Made by a program: the position numbers and the translations under genes. Of a stretch of 31,954 nucleotides of DNA, positions 27,434 through 31,954 are shown piece by piece. Source of the stretch: a bacterium (GTDB taxonomy: Bacteria > Sysuimicrobiota > Sysuimicrobiia > Sysuimicrobiales > Humicultoraceae). A model generated the notes under the pieces. That model had not been told where the DNA came from, made no database searches, and worked only from the letters and a program-made list of their open reading frames with translations. Within the stretch, counting starts at the first letter, position 1, and each line of letters starts with the position of its first letter. The stretch spans positions 1-31,954 of the forward strand of contig JBGQGY010000030.1 in the NCBI GenBank assembly GCA_041497675.1. The letters are read 5' to 3'.

Positions 27434-29140
27434 ATGCTGCGCACACGGTTGGACGGCATCGTCGTCATCGTCGTCGCGCTGGCGTTCGCCGCCGGCCTCT
27501 GGCCGCCGTCAAGCGGCGCGGCTCCAGCATTCAGGAAGGACATCGTCCTGGGGATGATCCAAGAGCCGGCTGGGCTGAACCCACTCACGGCGGCGGCGGC
27601 GACCGACGTGCAGTTCCTACCGATTTTCACCGCCTACAGCTATGTCCGCAACGACCGGCTGGATCTCATCAACGAATACGTGGAACAATTGCCCACGGTC
27701 GCCAACGGCTTGTGGAAGACGGGGCCTGGGGGCACGATGGAGGTCACCTGGAAACTCCGGCGCGACGTGAAGTGGCACGACGGCAAGCCGCTCACGACCG
27801 ACGACTTCAAGTTCACGTGGGAGATCTATAAAGATCCGAAGGCGCCGCTGGGTTCCCGTCCGGCCCTCGAAGCCATCAGTGCGGTGACGTTCCCCGACCC
27901 GTACACGATGGTCGTCAAGTACAGCAAGCCCTGGGTGCGGGCCAACCTGCTGTGGCTCGGCGCGTTCTCTACACCGCTCCCCCGGCACATCGTGCAGCCG
28001 ATGGTCCAGCGCGTGGGGATCGAGCGATTCGCCGAAATCCCGTATGGATCCGACCCGGCGCAGACGGTCGGGGTGGGGCCGTACGTCCTCAAGTCATGGC
28101 TGCGCGGGAATGAGATGGTCTTCGAGGCCAACCCCAACTACCATCTCGGCCGGCCGGTGTTGGACCGGATCGTGTTCAAGTTCTTTACCGACGTCAACGT
28201 CCTGGTCGCCAACTTTGCCGCCGGCCGCCTCGATGCCTCGCCGCCCAACCCCGGCGGCATCCCGCTCGCGCAGGCGCTCGAGGTGGAGGACCTGCTGCAA
28301 ACGGGCCGGGTGTCGGGCTACCGCGTCGAATACTACGCGGCGCCGGCCAGCGAGGCCTATTGGTACAACTTCGAGAACCCCATCGTGCGTGATCGTCGGG
28401 TGCGACAGGCGTTGCTGCACGCTATTGACCGTGACAGCATCGCGGCGACGATCTTCCGAAACAAGGTGTTCGTTGGCCACAGCTATCTCCCGCCGACGCA
28501 TCCAGCCTACAACCCCGGTATCCGGAAGTACGGCTACGATCCGGCTCGGGCGCGCACGCTCTTGGACGAGGCGGGGTGGCGACCCGGCCCGGACGGCATC
28601 CGGCGCAATGCGGCGGGGGAGCGGCTGTCCCAGATCATCACGGCGCCGGCCGGCGACCGGACGCGCGAGCGGGTCGAACAGGTCGTCCAGTCGCAGTGGC
28701 GCGAAGTGGGCGCCGACCTGATCATCGACAACAAGCCGGTGCGGACGATCCTCGGCGAGGTCTGGCTGACCGGCAAACGGCCCCCGGACATGCTCAACTT
28801 CAGCCATCCGGTAGACGACTTCAGCGACATCGACACCTGGTGGGGATCGTGGAACGCCCCGCCGGCCGGGCAGCTCGGGACGAACCACAGCCGCTACCGC
28901 AACGACGAGTGGGACAAGGTCATTCGCGAGTACCAGGTCACCCTCGACGCGCGACAGCGCCGTGAGATACAGAAACGCTTCCAGGTCATGTGGGCCGAGG
29001 AAGTACCTATCATCTTGCTCTACAACTTCGTGGGGGCATCCGTGCTCCGGGACGGCCTGACCGGGCTCCGCCCCCTCGGCCTGTCGTACACACCGGGATA
29101 CTACACGTGGAACACGCGCGCGTGGCGGTGGAGCCGGTAG
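27434..29140 (+). CDS. Peptide/nickel (Opp/Dpp family 5) ABC transporter substrate-binding protein
   Basis: Signal peptide, 'QEP..LNP', 'LR.DVKWHDGKPLT.DD.KFTW', 'G.GPY', 'D.RVRQAL..AIDR', 'YDP..AR.LLDEAGW'; GAGGAGG RBS. Confidence 0.94.
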   Translation: MLRTRLDGIVVIVVALAFAAGLWPPSSGAAPAFRKDIVLGMIQEPAGLNPLTAAAATDVQFLPIFTAYSYVRNDRLDLINEYVEQLPTVANGLWKTGPGGTMEVTWKLRRDVKWHDGKPLTTDDFKFTWEIYKDPKAPLGSRPALEAISAVTFPDPYTMVVKYSKPWVRANLLWLGAFSTPLPRHIVQPMVQRVGIERFAEIPYGSDPAQTVGVGPYVLKSWLRGNEMVFEANPNYHLGRPVLDRIVFKFFTDVNVLVANFAAGRLDASPPNPGGIPLAQALEVEDLLQTGRVSGYRVEYYAAPASEAYWYNFENPIVRDRRVRQALLHAIDRDSIAATIFRNKVFVGHSYLPPTHPAYNPGIRKYGYDPARARTLLDEAGWRPGPDGIRRNAAGERLSQIITAPAGDRTRERVEQVVQSQWREVGADLIIDNKPVRTILGEVWLTGKRPPDMLNFSHPVDDFSDIDTWWGSWNAPPAGQLGTNHSRYRNDEWDKVIREYQVTLDARQRREIQKRFQVMWAEEVPIILLYNFVGASVLRDGLTGLRPLGLSYTPGYYTWNTRAWRWSR

Positions 29141-29163
29141 CGCGCTAAGGGAGCTTCTTCGGG

Positions 29164-30129
29164 ATGGCGCGGTACCTGGCGGGCCGGCTCCTCCAGATGC
29201 TCCCGCTCCTGGTCGGTATCTCCTTCCTGCTCTTCTTCCTTCTTACCCTTGCACCGGGGGACCCGGTGGACATGTTCATCCTGAGCGACCCAAACGTGGA
29301 CGCCAAGAACATCGAGGCCCTCAAGCGCGCGTACGGCCTCGACCAACCGATGATCGTACGCTATGTCAAGTGGCTTGGGCGCACGGTGCGAGGGGATCTG
29401 GGCTGGTCTGTCCGCTTCAGGCAGCCCGTCAGCCAGCTCATCGCGGAGCGCCTGCCCAACACGCTCGCGCTCACCATGACGGGGTTCGTCCTCGCCCTCT
29501 TGTTCGCGGTGCCCGTCGGGATCTACGCGGCCCTCCGGCAGTACTCGCTGACGGACTACATTGTGAGCTTCCTCTCGTTTCTTGGATTCTCCGTTCCGCT
29601 GTTCTGGTTTGGCATTGTCATGATCTACATCTTTGCCGTGAAACTACGGGTGGTGCCGCCCGGGGGATTCCAAACGACCGGCGTCGCACCAGGCTGGCCG
29701 ATGGCGCTCGATCGCCTGCGCTACATGTTGCTGCCGGCGGCGGTGGTGGCCTTCTACACCGGGGCGTTGCTGGTCCGATACGTCCGGTCCAGCATGCTGG
29801 AGGCGCTGCGGCAGGACTACATCCGCACGGCGCGGTCCAAAGGGCTGCGCGAGCCGACGGTGATCAACAAACACGCGCTGCGCAACGCGATGATGCCCTT
29901 GGTCACAATCCTATCGTTGGCCATCCCGGCCCTCTTGGGCGGCGCCCCGGTCACGGAGACGGTCTTCGGGTGGCCGGGGACGGGGCAGTTGCTGGTGCAG
30001 TCGGTGCTGTCCGGCGACCACATCGTCGCGATGGCGATGTTGATGATCATCGCGGTGCTGGTCGTCGCCGCGAGCCTGGCGGCCGACCTCGCCTACGCCT
30101 GGCTCGATCCGCGCATCAGGTACGAGTGA
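29164..30129 (+). CDS. Peptide ABC transporter permease (OppB/DppB-like)
   Basis: 'LAPGDP', 'GLDQP...RY..W', 'GDLG.S', 'RSSMLEAL.QDYIRTARSKGL', 'HALRNA', 'DPRIR'. Confidence 0.94.
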   Translation: MARYLAGRLLQMLPLLVGISFLLFFLLTLAPGDPVDMFILSDPNVDAKNIEALKRAYGLDQPMIVRYVKWLGRTVRGDLGWSVRFRQPVSQLIAERLPNTLALTMTGFVLALLFAVPVGIYAALRQYSLTDYIVSFLSFLGFSVPLFWFGIVMIYIFAVKLRVVPPGGFQTTGVAPGWPMALDRLRYMLLPAAVVAFYTGALLVRYVRSSMLEALRQDYIRTARSKGLREPTVINKHALRNAMMPLVTILSLAIPALLGGAPVTETVFGWPGTGQLLVQSVLSGDHIVAMAMLMIIAVLVVAASLAADLAYAWLDPRIRYE

Positions 30130-30132
30130 TCG

Positions 30133-31038
30133 ATGATGACGCGCGCACACCCTGATGCGGCGCAGCGGGTCATGGTGACGCCGGGCCCACCGGAGATCAC
30201 GAGCTACTGGCGGATGGTATGGCGGCGGTTCCGGCGGCATCGGCTGGCGGCGGTCGGCGCGGTCGTCACGGCTGGTCTGATCGTCCTGGCGGTGGCCGGG
30301 CCGGCGCTCACCGGGCACCGGACCGAAGTCGTGCGGCTGAGCCAGGTCTTCCGCCCGCCCGGAGCCGGACACCTGCTGGGGACGGACGAGCTTGGGCGGG
30401 ACGTGGTGACCAGGTTGATGCTGGCCGGGCGCGTCAGCCTCGCGGTCGGCTTGGTGGCGACGTCCATCTCTACCTCGATCGGCACGCTGGTCGGCTTCAT
30501 CGCGGGCTTCTACGGCCGCTGGCTGGACACCGGGCTGACGCGGTTGATCGAGATCTTCTTGAGCATTCCGTCGCTGGCCGCCATGTTCGTCCTGGCCAAG
30601 TTCTTGGGGACAGGCCTAACCAGCATCATCCTGGTGCTCTGTCTGTTCGGGTGGATGTTTACCGCCCGGCTGGTGCGGGGGGAAGTGCTACGTGTCAAGC
30701 GCCTCGACTTCGTAGACGCCGCGGTCGTGATTGGGGCATCCAACCGGCGCATCATCATTCACCACCTCCTCCCTAACGTGCTGGCACCGATCATCGTCAC
30801 CCTCACGCTGGCGGTCGGGCAGGCGATCCTCGCCGAAAGCACGATCAGCTACTTCGGGTTGGGCATCCAGCCCCCGGTGGCCAGCTGGGGGAACATGTTG
30901 CAGAACGCGCAGGAGTATCTCTGGTCGGCGCCCTGGCTGGCAATCTATCCTGGGGTCGCCATCCTGATCACGGTGCTGTCGTTCAACTTCATGGGGGACG
31001 GGCTGCGCGACGCGCTCGACCCGAGCCTCAAACGATAA
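30133..31038 (+). CDS. Peptide ABC transporter permease (OppC/DppC-like)
   Basis: 'WRRFRRHRLA', 'HLLGTDELGRD', 'ARLVRGEVL', 'HLLPN', 'GLGIQPP..SWG.ML', 'GDGLRDALDP'. Confidence 0.94.
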   Translation: MMTRAHPDAAQRVMVTPGPPEITSYWRMVWRRFRRHRLAAVGAVVTAGLIVLAVAGPALTGHRTEVVRLSQVFRPPGAGHLLGTDELGRDVVTRLMLAGRVSLAVGLVATSISTSIGTLVGFIAGFYGRWLDTGLTRLIEIFLSIPSLAAMFVLAKFLGTGLTSIILVLCLFGWMFTARLVRGEVLRVKRLDFVDAAVVIGASNRRIIIHHLLPNVLAPIIVTLTLAVGQAILAESTISYFGLGIQPPVASWGNMLQNAQEYLWSAPWLAIYPGVAILITVLSFNFMGDGLRDALDPSLKR

Positions 31039-31039
31039 T

Positions 31040-31954
31040 ATGAGCACGCTTCGGATCGGCGTCTACGGCGCGGGACAAATGGGGAGTGTGCACGCGCGAA
31101 CCCTGGCGGGGTGTGCCGGCGTCTCAGTGGTCGGCGTCGCGGATGCGGACGAGTCGCGGGCGAGAGCCACGGCGTCCGCCGCCGGTGCCGAGCCCTGCCC
31201 CGATCTGAACACCCTGCTGGCCATGCGCCTGGACGCGGTCTTCGTCGCCGTCCCAAACATCCATCACGCGCAGTCGTGCATGACGGCGCTCGAGCGCGGC
31301 GTGCATGTGTTCTGTGAAAAGCCCATGGCGACCAGTCTGGAAGACGCCCGTCGCGTGCTGCAGACGGTCGAGCGCACGGGACGCGCGTACCAGATGGGGT
31401 TCAACCGCCGATTTGCGCCGGCCTACGCGGGTTTGCGCGCGCTCGTCGCGGGTGGGATGACCGTCTACTCCGGCACGATCAAGATGAACGACGGCGATAT
31501 GCGGACTCCGGCGTGGTTTTCAGACCCGGCGATCTCGGGCGGTTTTATCTACGACACCGGCATCCACCTGTTAGACACGGCGCGGTGGGTGTTGGGCCCA
31601 ATCGACGAAGTCCGCTGTCTGGCCCGGTCGTCGTGTTACCCGGACCTGGACGACGTCGTCGCGCTGCTGCGGTCACGCAGCGGTGCGATCGTGACGTTCT
31701 CTACATGCGGGCATGCGACGTGGACGGCACCCACGGAGCGCGTTGAGCTGTTCGGCGACCATGCCACCGCTGTTACGGAGGGATTCGAGCGGCTGGTCCA
31801 CGCGCCTGGGTTAGGGCGCTCGACCGCGATGCATGACTTCCGCGCGCTCCCCTACGAGCAGCGGCTGGGGTATGAGCAAGAAGAGCAGGCGTTCCTCGAG
31901 GCGATTGTCACCGGGCGGCCGACGCCCGTCTCGGCCGAAGACGCGTACCGGGCG
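31040..31954 (+). CDS. Gfo/Idh/MocA family oxidoreductase, runs off the window edge
   Basis: Not in the ORF track. Manual translation from ATG 31040 gives MSTLRIGVYGAGQMGSVHA...DAVFVAVPNIHH...HVFCEKPM...GFNRRFAP...GGFIYDTGIH. Confidence 0.92.
   Translation, partial: MSTLRIGVYGAGQMGSVHARTLAGCAGVSVVGVADADESRARATASAAGAEPCPDLNTLLAMRLDAVFVAVPNIHHAQSCMTALERGVHVFCEKPMATSLEDARRVLQTVERTGRAYQMGFNRRFAPAYAGLRALVAGGMTVYSGTIKMNDGDMRTPAWFSDPAISGGFIYDTGIHLLDTARWVLGPIDEVRCLARSSCYPDLDDVVALLRSRSGAIVTFSTCGHATWTAPTERVELFGDHATAVTEGFERLVHAPGLGRSTAMHDFRALPYEQRLGYEQEEQAFLEAIVTGRPTPVSAEDAYRA

Overview
GC-rich, gene-dense bacterial chromosomal window with about 32 CDSs. I found no rRNA, tRNA, CRISPR array or mobile element. 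A Gram-positive-type LexA box and the gene repertoire suggest a Terrabacteria lineage such as Armatimonadota/CSP1-3 or Chloroflexota (inference only). In order: (1) a truncated acyl-CoA synthetase divergent from DinB plus an SDR; (2) an Rv2578c-type radical SAM gene behind a probable leaderless sigma70 promoter with an SOS box in its spacer; (3) a 44-codon gene remnant; (4) a divergent sugar/amino-sugar cluster (Gfo/Idh/MocA, two TIM-barrel epimerases, NagA); (5) a tightly coupled minus-strand run of ferritin-like/VIT1 exporter, stand-alone LigD phosphoesterase, MUG glycosylase, TfoX-like protein and PLP decarboxylase; (6) a CUT1 sugar ABC transporter with a Tat-exported binding protein, preceded by a secreted ricin-B lectin; (7) an MBL hydrolase, circularly permuted ATP-grasp and YbdK/GCS2 ligase trio; (8) a large divergent catabolic cluster (BAAT-type thioesterase, M20 amidohydrolase, two non-canonical M24 enzymes, a thiol dioxygenase with an unusual Cys, two paralogous LLM oxidoreductases, a peptide ABC transporter and a truncated Gfo/Idh/MocA). 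The best candidates for undescribed systems are the two-ligase trio, the thiol dioxygenase/LLM/M24 cluster and the LigD-PE/MUG repair module. All family calls come from motif recognition by eye; no database search was run.
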